Source: Cetorhinus maximus (taxonomy: Eukaryota). From it: DNA of 64,000 bases. The DNA lies in NCBI RefSeq assembly GCF_964194155.1, contig NW_027596508.1, forward strand, positions 124,001 to 188,000. The letters run 5' to 3'. The first letter of the stretch is position 1. Every line of letters begins with the position of its first letter. Position numbers and translations under genes: made by a program. Under the pieces are notes generated by a model. It saw only the letters and a program-made list of their open reading frames with translations. It was not told where the DNA came from and made no database searches. Below, piece by piece: positions 1-13,074 of this stretch.

Positions 1-56
1 ATCATTTATTTCAACAGTTCATGAATGCAAAAAGTATAGAAGGGGGTTTAATTTGT

Positions 57-138
57 GCCGAGCTGGCCGAGAGGTTAAGGTGATGGAATAAAAATCCATT
101 GTTTTTTGCACGTTAAGGTTCGAATCCCACCTGGGTCG
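57..138 (+). pseudogene. tRNA-Ser(GCT)-derived pseudogene; anticodon loop mutated to ATAAAAA
   Basis: 82 nt colinear with vertebrate tRNA-Ser(GCT): TGGCCGAGAGGTTAAGG, ATGGA/TCCAT anticodon stem, long variable arm, GGTTCGAATCCC. Acceptor and T stems are mismatched. Confidence 0.85.
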
Positions 139-364
139 TTGTTTCATCAACTGTTTCTTCCTTGGAGGGGTGATTTTGCAGAAGGTCTGCCTGGAATCAC
201 TGATCTGATCCTCCAACCCAAGTTCTGAGGGCAGATTGCATAGAGTTTTCTTCTAAGATCTCCGTTGCGATTTTATTGTTAACAATAACTTGGGGATTCG
301 ATTTAGAGTCCATTCGACTTAATATTTCGATCTCTCTCTAAGGGGAGTTAGTGGAGCAGAAATA

Positions 365-598
365 TTCCGGGGATTTGGGTTCATTTCCCAACATGGCTCC
401 TGGTGGAAATTAAACTCAATAATTAAAACCTGCAATTAAACGCTAATCTCAGTGATGGTTCACTGATGTCTTCCCTGGCCGGACCTACATATGAGTTTGA
501 TTCCTAACTGCCCGCTGAGAAATCCACGGAGTTCAAGTACAATTTGGGATGTGTAACAAAGACTGGCCTTGCGAGCGACGCTCACATCCCATGAAATA
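365..598 (+). mobile_element. Decayed tRNA-derived SINE with L2-like 3' tail (also present in the other A and B units)
   Basis: B-box-like GGGTTCATTTCCC, a GGTTCACTGATGTC core, and the tail GGCCTTGCGAGCGACGCTCACATCCCATGAA resembling the LINE 3' end at 43.9-44.1 kb. Confidence 0.6.
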
Positions 599-764
599 TT
601 GTTTTCACTTTTTGAAATACAAGCGTTAGGCCACCCCTCAGCCTTGTTATTACAAGAGAATAAAGATCCAAACTGTCAATCCTTTCGTCCTTGTATACCA
701 CGCATTGCATTTTTTTGTTATTTATTCTTCTTCTGTGGGCTGTGGGCGTCAATTGCACGGCCAG

Positions 765-1098
765 AACTTCCTGCCCTTCCCTAATCTCCCTCGAACTGGA
801 TGGCTTGCTCAGTAATTTCCGAGGGCAGATAAGAGTCAACCATATCCCCATGTGCATGGAGTCACATGTAAGCCAGACCAGGTCAGGACGGCAGACTGTT
901 TCCTCTTAAGTGCATTGGTGAACCAGATGGTTTTTTACAACAATCGACGATAGTTTCATGGCCGTCATTACAGAGACCAGCTTTCAATTCAAGAATCATG
1001 AAATAATTGAATTTCAATTCCACGAGCTGCCACGGTGGGATTTGAACACTTGCCCCCAGAGATGAGCCTGGGCCTCTGGATTCCGAGACCAGTGACAT
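765..1098 (-). mobile_element. SINE of the same family in opposite orientation (repeated in A2 and A3)
   Basis: The reverse strand reads GTTCAAATCCCACCGTGGCAG ... AAAACCATCTGGTTCACCAATGC ... GGTCTGGCTTACATGTGACTCCA ... GGTTGACTCTTATCTGCCCTC. Confidence 0.65.
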
Positions 1099-2489
1099 CA
1101 TCTTTCATCCCTGGAAACAACAACTGAACATTCAGCGAATCATTCAGCCGCTTGATGAGGAAATTGGAATTCCCTCCGCAGCATTTTATTAAACTGATTA
1201 ATGCAAAACCTTTTGTTCAATTGGAAATATCATTATTTTCTCGACATTAGTCATATATTGTGGATTTCTTAGTAACGGAACAAAATCCAAAGATGTGTGA
1301 GGGATGAATGCACCAGGTAACAAGGAAATACATTCTGAGAAAGAGCTCCGCATTGTTTGGATGAAAAAGCAGAACTTGCAGCTGACGAGTGGGAACCTGG
1401 TTTACTGGACGTTCCACCAGATTTCTGTATGAAGCAACGAGACAGGACACGAAACTGCTATCTTCTGATTACACCATAATGTACATTGAAGTCAGACGCC
1501 TGATCCATTCGGACCAGGCTACCATTCCTTCCAGCCGGATAATGCCTTGTCCATAAAAACGGTGCTGCATTTATGTCTCTTGGATTTTTGAATGATCCAC
1601 TGATTCCCAGAACCTTGGCCTCGGGATCTCAGATTGATTTTGGATCATGAAGTCAGTTCCTATTGTCCGCACCTCTCCTCAAAATGTCGCTGCATTTTTT
1701 TTGTCCTCTCTACATCTTTGCTCCTTGACCTTCGCTCAATCGCTGGTAAATTCCTGAAATAAAAACACAGAACATCCCCTTCATCCAAACCACTTCGAAA
1801 GGAATTCCTTCTTCCCTGTTTAACAAGAAATTCCACCGACGGTTCGAAGATGTTGAGGCGATCGTGTCAGAGTGAGGAACTGTTTCCAATGATTGGCAAT
1901 CCAGGTACTGGAGCAGGAGGTGAGGCGGGGTGGAGGAGGAGATTGGTATGTGCGAGAGGTGGGGGGTAGGAGTTAGAGGATGGGAGAGGTTGGGTGGGGG
2001 GTAGGAGCTGGCGGCACTGGGGGCAGTAAAACATTCAGAGCTTTCCGGAGGTGAAATTCGAAACCATCTCTATCGACAAACGGGGATGAGAATTTCAGAG
2101 CTCCCTTCCGGAAACAGCACTTCAATTTTAAATCTCACTTTGATAGATTTCTATTCACCAAATATATTAGACAAAAGGGAGAAAGGTGGGTATTTCTATA
2201 CATCGGGAACTTGCTGTTTGAAATATTACTGAAGACGCTGAGTTATGCATTCACTGTAATCGAACTCAGTTTTCTTTGATGACAAATAAGAACCGAATCA
2301 GCAATCCTCCCATCATGCTGAAATCAATTTATTTCTGCAACTACAAGATGACTGCAAACTGAAAATAATGTCACTCCGACACTTTCTGTTCATAGTAACA
2401 GGCGCTGCAACAATTCCTGTCCCAATGATACAGACACTTAGACACTTGCTGCCCAACAATTGATTTCAGTCCTGTGAAAGCGTTTGTGA

Positions 2490-2891
<402 letters not shown>

Positions 2892-2921
2892 AGAGGCCAT
2901 TCTTTAATCTAATAACCCAAA

Positions 2922-2937
2922 GGCTCTTTTCAGAGCC
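2922..2937 (+). promoter_or_regulatory. Histone mRNA 3' stem-loop of H2A (other copies at 5965-5980, 8980-8995, 18409-18424)
   Basis: ACCCAAA-GGCTCTTTTCAGAGCC, followed about 15 nt later by the purine-rich HDE-like GAAAGG(A/G)CTG. Confidence 0.95.
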
Positions 2938-2989
2938 TCTCACAGAGTCTGTGAAAGGACTGCTCACTGTGTGAACTCATTTCATTCTG

Positions 2990-3085
2990 GCTCTGAAGAA
3001 GCGTCATGTCCATTAGAAGAGATAATTCCCTCTCTCCACACAGGTGCTGCCAGAACTGATGAAATTTTCCAGCATTTTCATTAAA
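2990..3085 (+). mobile_element. Decayed Penelope-type terminal repeat fragment between the convergent H2A and H4 3' ends
   Basis: CTGAAGAAGCGTC...CTCTCCACACAGGTGCTGCCAGA.CTGATGAAATTTTCCAGCATTTTC resembles the element at 39805-40041. Confidence 0.5.
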
Positions 3086-3548
3086 AATACTAGCTTCGCT
3101 GCAAACGACACCAGTATAAAACCTGAGAAAAGTCTCATTTTGGCTCTACATGCCTTTCAACCCGGTTTCAATTCGGAATCTTTACCTGATCTGTTTATAA
3201 CAGGCGGGTAGAAAGCTCCTACTGATGGGCGAAATCACCATGACTACCGACAGTTCCGGGTCTCCCACATAAACACCATGAACTGTATGGGTTTTATTCA
3301 TGTCACGGTTTAATAGATATTGAAGCGAAAATGGGGTGAGTCGTTCTTCCACTATATTGGAGTGGGAGAGTGCGGTCTGGGGAGATAATACACCGCTGCA
3401 CTCCCCACTTAAAACATCAACATCCTTAATTAATGAACTAGTGACAGAAAGAGAATGAAATGATGCTAAAGCTGCTTTTCATTCAGTTACAGTTTGAGAT
3501 TTCTCGCTCCTGTTCCCAGGTCAGTGCTCTTAATGTGACGTTTTGGGT

Positions 3549-3564
3549 GGCTCTGAAAAGAGCC
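3549..3564 (-). promoter_or_regulatory. Histone mRNA 3' stem-loop of H4 (other copies at 6592-6607, 9608-9623, 19032-19047)
   Basis: The minus strand reads AAA-GGCTCTTTTCAGAGCC-ACCCA, then the HDE-like TTAAGAGCA. Confidence 0.95.
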
Positions 3565-3598
3565 TTTGTTGTGTGTTTGGTAGAAAGGTTCGAGTTGT

Positions 3599-3919
<321 letters not shown>

Positions 3920-3964
3920 TCACTCAGATCACTGCAGAATATGAGAGACGAGCTGCTTCAAGTT

Positions 3965-4030
3965 CCTCTTTTAAATAACCCGCCCCGACCTGACTGAGAA
4001 CGGGACAGAGAGTGAGAGGCGGGGCGGGGA
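3965..4030 (-). promoter_or_regulatory. H4 promoter: TATA-like TATTTAAAA, H4-subtype element-like TCAGTCAGGTC(G/C)G and a GC box
   Basis: The minus strand reads TCAGTCAGGTCGGGGCGGGTTATTTAAAAG about 60-90 nt upstream of the ATG. The copy at ~7028 has the GGTCCG core typical of H4 promoters. Confidence 0.7.
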
Positions 4031-4441
4031 GGAGACTGAGTGACAGACAGAACAGAGTCTGTGATCATCCAGCTCCGCCTCCTGCCTGTTCGAACTGATT
4101 TGTTTTCGAATTCTGGGCACCATTAATGGAACATCTTGTTTATCTATCGTTTGAAACCCGGATCTTTTAAATCCAGACCAGTCAGCAATGGTATTGAATT
4201 AGTGACAGCAAATCAATTATTTTAAGGGAGGTGTTGGTGTAGTTATTTCAGAGAGAACTTCATCATCCCTTCCAGGATAAGTTGCATTTTTTTATTGTTC
4301 GGAACTTTGTGGATATCTACATGGAGCCGTTGTAGTTGGTCACTATCTTTGTCTGTTTCACGGCCCGTTCCCCGGGCAGCAACAGACCTTTTCCTGTCTC
4401 GATGTGTCCACAGAAACAGCAGGAGCCAATATATTGTGGAC

Positions 4442-4460
4442 TGGTGCCATCTGCTGGCTG
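4442..4460 (-). promoter_or_regulatory. CTCF-like motif upstream of tRNA-Gly (copies at 7960-7978, 10974-10992, 20109-20127)
   Basis: CAGCCAGCAGATGGCACCA and CAGCCAGCAGAGGGCACCA fit the CCASYAGRKGGCR core. This is a motif match only. Confidence 0.6.
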
Positions 4461-4630
4461 CACGTGAGACGTGCAAAGAGGTAACTTCTTTGGGGAAATT
4501 TTAAATGTGTGTAAAACAACATAAACATGGTGAGAATTATTGCAAAACAGTTTATCAATCAGACACAAGATGCCAAAGATATAGTGTGTTTTGCGGTACT
4601 ATAAATGGTGACTGTAATTTGAAGAAGTGT

Positions 4631-4701
4631 GCGATGGTGGTATAGTGGTGAGCATAGCTGCCTTCCAAGCAGTTGACCCGGGTCGATTCCTGGCCATCGC
4701 A
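4631..4701 (+). tRNA. tRNA-Gly(TCC) with a 1-nt deletion in the T-loop/B box; probable pseudogene
   Basis: GCGATGGTGGTATAGTGGTGAGCATAGCTGCCTTCCAAGCAGTTGACCCGGGTCGATTCCTGGCCATCGCA, with a T4 tract about 12 nt downstream. Confidence 0.88.
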
Positions 4702-4749
4702 GGAGTGATTTATTTTCAGCCTTATCCGTGGTCAGACCACAATTCTCTA

Positions 4750-4985
4750 CACTGGTTAAAAGACGCGTTGGGGTTCTTACAGTCCCACGCTCTGTAAGAT
4801 TAGTCTTATCGGCAACTTTGTGAATCGGGTCCGAGCCATTTGTTCACCGTGCAAGCTTGATGCTGAAATCGGGCTCATCAAAGGCATCCTGCAGGGTAAT
4901 GGCTACCCTGATCAGATCATTTCGCGCTGTGTATCACACAAGCTCATGACCGGGCCTGAGACCGTCACTTTCCACCCTGAAGTAT
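4750..4985 (+). mobile_element. Penelope-like retroelement ORF fragment (RT thumb/linker); copies at ~8270-8450, ~11285-11490, ~20420-20620
   Basis: Translation KISLIGNFVNRVRAICSPCKLDAEIGLIKGILQGNGYPDQII fits the RA..ICS...L..E...I..IL..NGYP motif of Penelope-like elements. Confidence 0.75.
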
Positions 4986-5183
4986 ATTCTCTATCAGTAT
5001 AAATTGTTGTCTTCCCCTTACATTGGTTTTCTTGCGAGTGTCCTGTTTGATTGCAGAAGGAAAAGCTTTGACATGTCTCTTTTTTCAGCCACACTCAAAT
5101 ACATTGGCGCTAATGTTCAATTTGTAAAACCGTTTCAGCTCTGCCAGGTTGGCTCAATCTACGGTCCATTTTCTTTTTGTTCT

Positions 5184-5372
5184 TGGAAAAACTCAGCAGG
5201 TCTGACAGCATCTGCGGAGGGGAATACAGTTGACGCTTCGAGTCCGTATGACTCTTCATCAGATCGCTCTGTATTCCCCTCCGCAGATGCTGTCAGAGCT
5301 GCTGAGTTTATCCAGGTATTTTTATTTTTGGCTAGATTTCCAGCATCCGCGGTATTTTGTTTTTTTTCTTTT
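5184..5372. mobile_element. Penelope-derived inverted-repeat (hairpin) element with a hammerhead-like core on the minus strand
   Basis: GGAAAAACTCAGCAGGTCTGACAGCATCTGCGGAGGGGAATACAG pairs with CTGTATTCCCCTCCGCAGATGCTGTCAGAGCTGCTGAGTTTATCC. The minus strand of the loop reads CTGATGA-A-GAGTC-ATACG-GACTC-GAAG-CGTC. Confidence 0.7.
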
Positions 5373-5548
5373 TGATGTTTTTTGGTTGGTGAAATAAGCT
5401 GCTCTCTGATTTGTTACAAAAGCCACCCAATGAGATTCCGAACACCTTGACCATTCAGAAGTCGGCCGACTGCATTCCCCAGAAGTTTGAGGAAGGGTGT
5501 GTGCGGGAGGAATTCTTCATTCGTGGTGTAAGTGTGTGTAAGATTGTA

Positions 5549-5934
5549 GAAAGACCGGCGGTAGAGCCCAGGACAAAGCCAAAGCCAAGTATCGCTCCTT
5601 TCGCGCTGGACTGCAGTTCCCGGTGGGCCGTGTTCACAGGCTCCTGAGAAAGGGCGACTATGTTGTGCGTGTGGGTGCCGGAACCCCGGTCTATCTGGCT
5701 GCTGTAATCGAGTATCTGACGGCTGAAATCCTCGAGCTGGCCGGTAACGCGGCCCGGGACAACAAGAAGACTCGCATCATCCCCAGACACCTGCAGCTGG
5801 CCGTCCGCAACGACGAGGAGCTCAACAAGCTGCTGGAAGGGGTGACCATCGCTCAGGGCGGGGTGCTGCCTAATATCCAGGCCGTGCTGCTGCCCAAGAA
5901 AACCAGCGCCGCTGCGGGCTCGAAGACCAAGTGA
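5549..5934 (+). pseudogene. H2A: H2A pseudogene: start codon deleted, 11-bp insertion near the 5' end, intact 3' part and stem-loop
   Basis: ATTGT|AGAAAGACCGGCGGTA-GAGCCCAGGAC-AAAGCC replaces ATTGTGAAATGTCTGGAAGAGGAAAGACCGGCGGTAAAG. The listed ORF 5623-5934 begins at an internal GTG (Val27). Confidence 0.88.
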
Positions 5935-6641
5935 AGCGGCCATTCTTTAATCTAATAACCCAAAGGCTCTTTTCAGAGCCACGCACAGAGTCTGTGAAAG
6001 GGCTGCTCACTGTTTGAACTCATTTCATTCTGGCTCTGAAGAAGCGTCATGCCCATTCGAAGAGATAATTCCCTCTCTCCACACAGGTGCTGCCAGACCT
6101 GATGAAATTTTCCACCATTTTCATTAAAAATTCTAGTTTCGCTGCAAAAGACATTAGTATAAAACCTGAGAAAAGTCTCATTTAGGCTCTACATGCCTTT
6201 CAACCCGGTTTCAATTCGGAATCTTTACCTGATCTGTTTATAACAGGCGGGTAGAAAGCTCCTACTGATGGGCGAAATCACCATGACTACCGACAGTTCC
6301 GGGTCTCCCACATAAACATCATGAACTGTACGGGTTTTATTCATGTCACGGTTTAATAGATATTGAAGAGAAAATGGAGTGAGTCGTTCTTCCAATATAT
6401 TGGAGTGGGAGAGTGGGGTCTGGGGAGGTACTACACCGCTCCAATCCCCACTTAAAACATCAACAACCTTAATAAATGAACTAGTGACAGAAAGAGAATG
6501 AAATGATGCTAAAGTTGCTTTTCATTCAGTTACAGTTTGAGATTTCTCGCTCCCGTTCCCAGGTCAGTGCTCTTAATGTGACGTTTTGGGTGGCTCTGAA
6601 AAGAGCCTTTGTTGTGTGTTTGGTAGAAAGGGTCGAGTTGT

Positions 6642-6962
<321 letters not shown>

Positions 6963-8148
6963 TCACTCAGATCACTGCAGAATATGAGAGACGAGCTGCT
7001 TCACGTTCCTCTTTTAAATAGCCCGCCCGGACCTGACTGAGAACGGGAGGGGAGGAGACTGAGTGACAGAAAGAACAGAGTCTGTGATCATCCAGCTCCG
7101 CCTCCTGCCTGTTCGAACTGATTTGTTTTCGAATTCTGGGCACCATTAGTGAACAGGGCGCTCGAAACAAATCTTACTCAATGGAACATCTTGATTATCT
7201 ATAGTTAGAAACCGGGATCTTTTAAATCCAGACCTGTCAGCAATATCCCCGCCTCATTCCAGTCGCTTCTACAAACAGACAAACAGTCTGCTTCCATTTC
7301 TAGGACATCTTCTATTCCATTAACACACAACTCCCCTCCCAGAAGCATTGAGACTTTTGCTAACACCTCTTCCAGCTGAATTGGAGAATATAACGTGTTT
7401 GGGTTTGAGTTGTGACGCGGGGTTTGGCCAAGGTTGAGTTGGAGAGATTTGTAATCTACAAGGCAGTCAGGAGGTATGAGGATCAGGCAGAGAAGGAGAA
7501 CGAAGGTCACAAACACATCAGCCTCTAAACCAGTTAGTCTGCAGGTATCACAAATTAATGGGACTAAGAACAAGATAAAATCGGATCACGGGCCTGTAAT
7601 TTAGTTTATTGAGAGGGAATTCGAAATGTTTTGCAAAGATTGAACCGGTCAGTGAAAGTGTCTGTCTAAGAACTGGAAATGAATACCGGCTGAAATTTAA
7701 ACGGTTGGTATTGAATTAGTGACAGCAAATCAATTATTTTAAGGGAAGTGTTGGTGTAGTTATTTCAGAGAGAACTTCATCATCCCTTCCAGGATAAGTT
7801 GCATTTTTTTTATTGTTCGGAACTTTGTGGATATCTACATGGAGCCGTTGTAGTTGGTCACTATCTTTGTCTGTTTCACGGCCCGTTCCCCGGGCAGCAA
7901 CAGACCTTTTCCTGTCTCGATGTGCCCACAGAAACAGCCGGAGAGAATTTATTGTGGACTGGTGCCCTCTGCTGGCTGCACGTGAGACGTGCAAAGAGGT
8001 AACTTCTTTGGGGAAATTTTAAATGTGTGTGAAACAACATAAACATGGTGAGAATTATTGCAAAACAGTTTATCAATCAGACACAAGATGCCAAGTATAT
8101 AGTGTGTTTCGCGGTACTATAAATGCTGACTGTAATTTGAAGAAGTGT

Positions 8149-8219
8149 GCGATGGTGGTATAGTGGTGAGCATAGCTGCCTTCCAAGCAGTTGACCCGGG
8201 TCGATTACCGGCCATCGCA
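8149..8219 (+). tRNA. tRNA-Gly(TCC) with T-loop deletion and T-stem mismatch; probable pseudogene
   Basis: Same sequence as 4631-4701 but with GGGTCGATTACCGG. Confidence 0.85.
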
Positions 8220-8563
8220 GTAGTGATTTATTTTCAGCCTTATCCGTGGTCAGACCACAATTCTCTAAATTAGTTAAAATACGCGTTGGGATTCTTACAG
8301 TTCCACGCTCTGTAAGATTGGTCTTATCAGCAACTTTGTGAATCGGGCCGGAGCCATTTGCTCACCGTGCAAGCTTGATGCTGAAATCGGGCTCATCAAA
8401 GGCATCCTGCAGGGTAATGGCTACCCTGACCAGATCATTTCGCGCTGTGAGCGGGCTCATGACCGGGCTTTCAGAAGTGGCCGACTACATTCCCCAGAAG
8501 ATAGGGAAAGCGTGAGTCCGAGAGGAATTCTTCATTCGTGGTGTAAGTGTGTGTAAGATTGTA

Positions 8564-8949
8564 GAAAGATCGGCGGTAGAGCCCAGGACAAAGCAAAAGC
8601 CAAGTCTCGCTCCTCCCGGGCTGGACTGCAGCTCCCGGTGGGCCGTGTTCACAGGCTCCTGAGAAACAGCAACTATGCTGTGCGTGTGGGTGCCGGAGCC
8701 CCCGTCTATCTGGCTGCTGTGCTCGAGTATCTGACGGCTGAAATCCTCGAGCTGGTCGCTAACGCGGCCCGGGACAACAAGAAGACCCGCATCATCCCCA
8801 GACACCTGCAGCTGGCCGTCCGCAACGACGAGGAGCTCAACAGGCTGTTGGGAGGGGTGACCATCGCTCAGGGCGGGGTGCTGCCTAATATCCAGGCCGT
8901 GCTGCTGCCCAAGAAAACCAGCGCCGCTGCGGGCTCGAAGACCAAGTGA
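8564..8949 (+). pseudogene. H2A: H2A pseudogene lacking a start codon
   Basis: Same defective 5' end as 5549. The 3' coding part and stem-loop are intact. Confidence 0.88.
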
Positions 8950-9657
8950 ATCGGCCATTCTTTAATCAAATAACCCAAAGGCTCTTTTCAGAGCCTCTCA
9001 TAGAGTCTGTGAAAGGGCTGCTCACTGTCTGAACTCATTTCATTCTGGCACTGAAGAAGCGTCATGCCCACTCGAAGAGATAATTCCCTCTCTCCGCAAA
9101 GGTGCTGCCAGACCTGGTGAAATTTTCCAGCATTTTCATTAAAAAATAACAGCTTCGCTGCAAAAGACACCAGTATAAAACCTGAGAAAAGTCTCATTTT
9201 GGCTCTACATGCCTTTCAACCCGGTTTCAATTCGGAATCTTTACCTGATCTGTTTATAACAGGCGGGTAGAAAGCTCCTACTGATGGGCGAAATCACCAT
9301 GACTACCGACAGTTCCGGGTCTCCCATATAAACATCATGAACTGTATGGGTTTTATTCAAATGACGGTTTAATAGATATTGAAGAGAAAATGGAGTGAGT
9401 CGTTCTTCCACTATATTGGAGTGGGAGAGTGGGGTCTGGGGAGGTAATAGACCGCTGCACTCCCCACTTAAAACATCAACATCCTTAATAAATGAACTAG
9501 TGACAGAAAGAGAATGAAATGATGCTAAAGTTGCTTTTCATTCAGTTACAGTTTGAGATTTCTCGCTCCCGTTCCCAGGTCAGTGCTCTTAATGTGACGT
9601 TTTGGGTGGCTCTGAAAAGAGCCTTTGTTGTTTGTTCGGTAGAAAGGGTCGAGTTGT

Positions 9658-9978
<321 letters not shown>

Positions 9979-11162
9979 TCACTCCGATCGCTGCAGACTA
10001 TGAGAGACGAGCTGCTTCACGTTCCTCTTTTAAATAGCCCGCCCCGACCTGACTGAGAACGGGAGGGGAGGAGACTGAGTGACAGAAAGAACAGAGTCTG
10101 TGATCATCTAGCTCCGCCTCCTGCCTGTTCGAACTGATTTGTTTTCGAATTCTGGGCACCATTAGTGAACAGGGCGCTCGAAACAAATCTTACTCAATGG
10201 AACATCTTGATTATCTATAGTTAGAAACCGGGATCTTTTAAATCCAGACCTGTCAGCAATATCCCCGCCTCATTCCAGTCGCTTCTACAAACAGACAAAC
10301 AGTCTGCTTCCATTTCTAGGACATCTTCTATTCCATTAACACACAACTCCCCTCCCAGAAGCATTGAGACTTTTACTAACCCCTCTTCCAGCTGAATTGG
10401 AGAATATAATATGTTTGGGTTTGAGTTGTGACGCGGGGTTTGGCCAAGGTTGAGTTGGGGAGATTTGTAATCTACAAGGCAGTCAAGAGGTGTGAGGATC
10501 AGGCAGAGAAGGAGAACGAAGGTCACAAACACACCAGCCTCTAAACCAGTTAGTCTGCAGGTATCACAAATTAATGGGACTAAGAACAAGATAAAATCGG
10601 ATCACGGGCCTGTAATTTAGTTTATTGAGAGGGAATTCGAAATGTTTTGCAAAGATTGAACCGGTCAGTGAAAGTGTCTGTCTAAGAACTGGAAATGAAT
10701 ACCGGCTGAAATTTAAACGGTTGGTATTGAATTAGTGACAGCAAATCAATTATTTTAAGGGCAGTGTTGGTGTAGTTATTTCAGAGAGAACTTCATCATC
10801 CCTTCCAGGATAAGTTGCATTTTTTTATTGTTCTGAACTTTTGGATATCTACATGGGGCCGTTGTAGTTGGTCACTATCTTTGTCTGTTTCACGGCCCGT
10901 TCCCCGGGCAGCAACAGACATTTTCCTGTCTCGATGTGTCCACAGTAACAGCAGGAGAGAATTTATTGTGGACTGGTGCCCTCTGCTGGCTGCACGTGAG
11001 ACGTGCAAAGAGGTAACTTCTTTGGGGTCATTTTAAATGCGTGTGAAACAACATAAACATGGTGAGAATTATTTCAAATCAGTTTATCAATCAGACACAA
11101 GATGCCAAAGATATAGTGTGTTTCGCGGTACTATAAATGCTGATTGTAATTTGAAAAAACGG

Positions 11163-11235
11163 GCGATGGTGGTATAGTGGTGAGCATAGCTGCCTTCCAA
11201 GCAGTTTTACCCGGGTTCGATTCCCGGCCATCGCA
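11163..11235 (+). tRNA. tRNA-Gly(TCC) with an intact B box; variable loop altered to TTTTAC
   Basis: GCGATGG...CTGCCTTCCAAGCAGTTTTACCCGGGTTCGATTCCCGGCCATCGCA. The internal T4 could terminate Pol III. Confidence 0.88.
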
Positions 11236-11584
11236 TTCGTGATTTATTTTCAGCCTAATCCGTAGTCAGACCAAAATTCTCTAAATTAGTTAAAATACGC
11301 GTTGGGATTCTTACAGTTCCACGCTCTGTAAGATTGGTCTTATCAGCAACTTTGTGATTCGGGCCCGAGCCATTTGTTCACCGTTCAAGCTTGATGCTGA
11401 AATCGGGCTCATCAAAGGCATCCTGCAGGGTAATGGCTACACTGATCAGATCATTTCGCGCTGTGTATCACACAAGCTCATGACCGGGCTTTCAGAAGTG
11501 GCCGTCTACATTCCCCAGAAGATAGGGAAAGGGTGTGTGCGAGAGGAATTCTTCATTCGTGATGTCAGTGTGTGTAAGATTGTA

Positions 11585-11720
11585 GAAAGACCGGCGGTGG
11601 AGCCCAGGACAAAGCCAAAGCCAAGTCTCGCTCCTCCCGGGCTGGACTGCAGCTCCCCGCGGGCCGTGTTCACAGGCTCATGAGAAAGAGCAGCTATGCT
11701 GAGCGTGTGGCTGCTGGAGC
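11585..11720 (+). pseudogene. H2A: Start-less, 3'-truncated H2A fragment (ends near codon 47)
   Basis: AAGTCTCGCTCCTCCCGGGCTGGACTGCAG...GCTGAGCGTGTGGCTGCTGGAGC, then unrelated sequence. Confidence 0.85.
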
Positions 11721-11854
11721 GCTCCGCTCTTCCGATTGTAACATTCCCGGCTGCTTTCCGGGGACAGGATCAGAAATCAGCCGTTTCTCTCTGTTCCGAT
11801 GAAACTTGTATGAAGGAGTCGGTTGGTAACCTATGTTATTGCGTTTCCAGTGAG

Positions 11855-12185
11855 CTGAGATTGGCTCTGTTTTAAATCGCTGCTTTGTTACCGCCGGTTA
11901 CAGATAAGAGATTGACACATTTAATCTGTTCCTAAAATAGCGCCAGGATTCTGTGACGCAGAATGGAATATTACAGCTCCTAAAGCGTGAGATTAAAATT
12001 GTTGCCTTGAAATTAAGCCGTTCGGCTATTATCTTTTTTCCCCCCTCAAATTGGCGGGCTTTTCGAATTTGAAAATATAAGCCAATCGGCACTTCCAATT
12101 CCTGTTACTTGGCTCTCCGATTGGTTGAAGATTAGGATTGAGAATGGACTGACCAATCAGAGCTAGAGCCTGTCTAAAGTCTCTC
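11855..12185. promoter_or_regulatory. CCAAT-box cluster resembling a histone promoter with no adjacent gene (copy at ~20990-21310)
   Basis: GATTGG, AATTGGCGGG, AGCCAATC, GATTGG and GACCAATCAG lie within ~300 bp. Confidence 0.45.
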
Positions 12186-12993
12186 AAACTTTTCACAATT
12201 ATTATTTATAGAGGTTAAATTGATGGAATCTGTATCTTCCACTCCACCTGTACTTGAGTCCTAAAATATACTTTTTTCCAACAGGCAAATAATTGACGAA
12301 ATCAGAATAAACGTAGTGTTTCCTCCAGAGATTTAATACTCAGCCAAAGCTTACACACATTGTTTGCTTTAAACCTACCATATCAGTGGCTTGTTGTTCT
12401 GCTGGAAATGTATGTGGAATGAATCCAAACTTATAATTAGTCCCAGAGACTGAAGGTTATATAATGAATCCCACACTCACACAGAAGCAGAGAATAATTC
12501 TCAAGCACATTTTCAGTGCCAGATGCTGAAAGATACAGGCTGGTCACTGCACTCACTCACAATAGCTGAATCTGAGAGATACTAAAGAAATATGACACAC
12601 CAATTGTACCACTGAGAGATTTAGAAAGATTCCAAGCATCACATAGAGTAACAGATGCTGATGGATACAAATGGAAGACCACACACTAACACACACACAC
12701 TGTAAATTCTACTTTCACATACAATACCGATGATTGGGAAAACTGCAATTGAATCTCACAATGATTTATAATAACAAAGATTGACAGATGTAAAATTAAT
12801 CCCACTGACAGATACAGAATGAATCTCATGCACACAAACAGAACCAAGTGATGAAAGAAACATATGATTCCCATACTTACTTTACAATATCACAGGTACA
12901 GAGTGCCATTGACAGATCTGCATTGAACCAAATAACCCTTCGCCGTCCAATAAAATGTGAACGCTTCTTGTCTGTTCTGTCGCTCTCTGAGTG

Positions 12994-13027
12994 TGCTGAC
13001 ATCTACTGGCCAGAGCTGAGAACTGCA
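12994..13027 (-). promoter_or_regulatory. CTCF-like core plus upstream module (variant copy at 22123-22156)
   Basis: The minus strand reads TGCAGTTCT-CAGCTC-TGGCCAGTAGATGTCAGCA. Confidence 0.6.
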
Positions 13028-13074
13028 ACAGAGCGGAACTTTTTTTTATTAATTCAATGGATATGAGATTCGCT

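Noticed and set aside
57-138. Ser-bodied tRNA with an AAA (Phe) anticodon as a recoding tRNA
   Set aside because: The loop has lost C32, the acceptor and T stems are mismatched, and the third copy differs again. This is ordinary decay.
1910-2025. G-rich tract (and C-rich tracts at ~30010-30150 and ~35140-35290) as functional G-quadruplexes
   Set aside because: Low-complexity sequence that varies between paralogous units, with nothing supporting function.
4750-4985. Penelope element targeting tRNA-Gly genes
   Set aside because: All four cases share one junction, so this is a single insertion copied with the array, not repeated targeting.
5623-5934. 103-aa tail-less H2A variants (also 8638-8949)
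   Set aside because: The ORF-track start is an internal GTG (Val27). The real ATG is deleted and the upstream part is frameshifted, so these are treated as pseudogenes.
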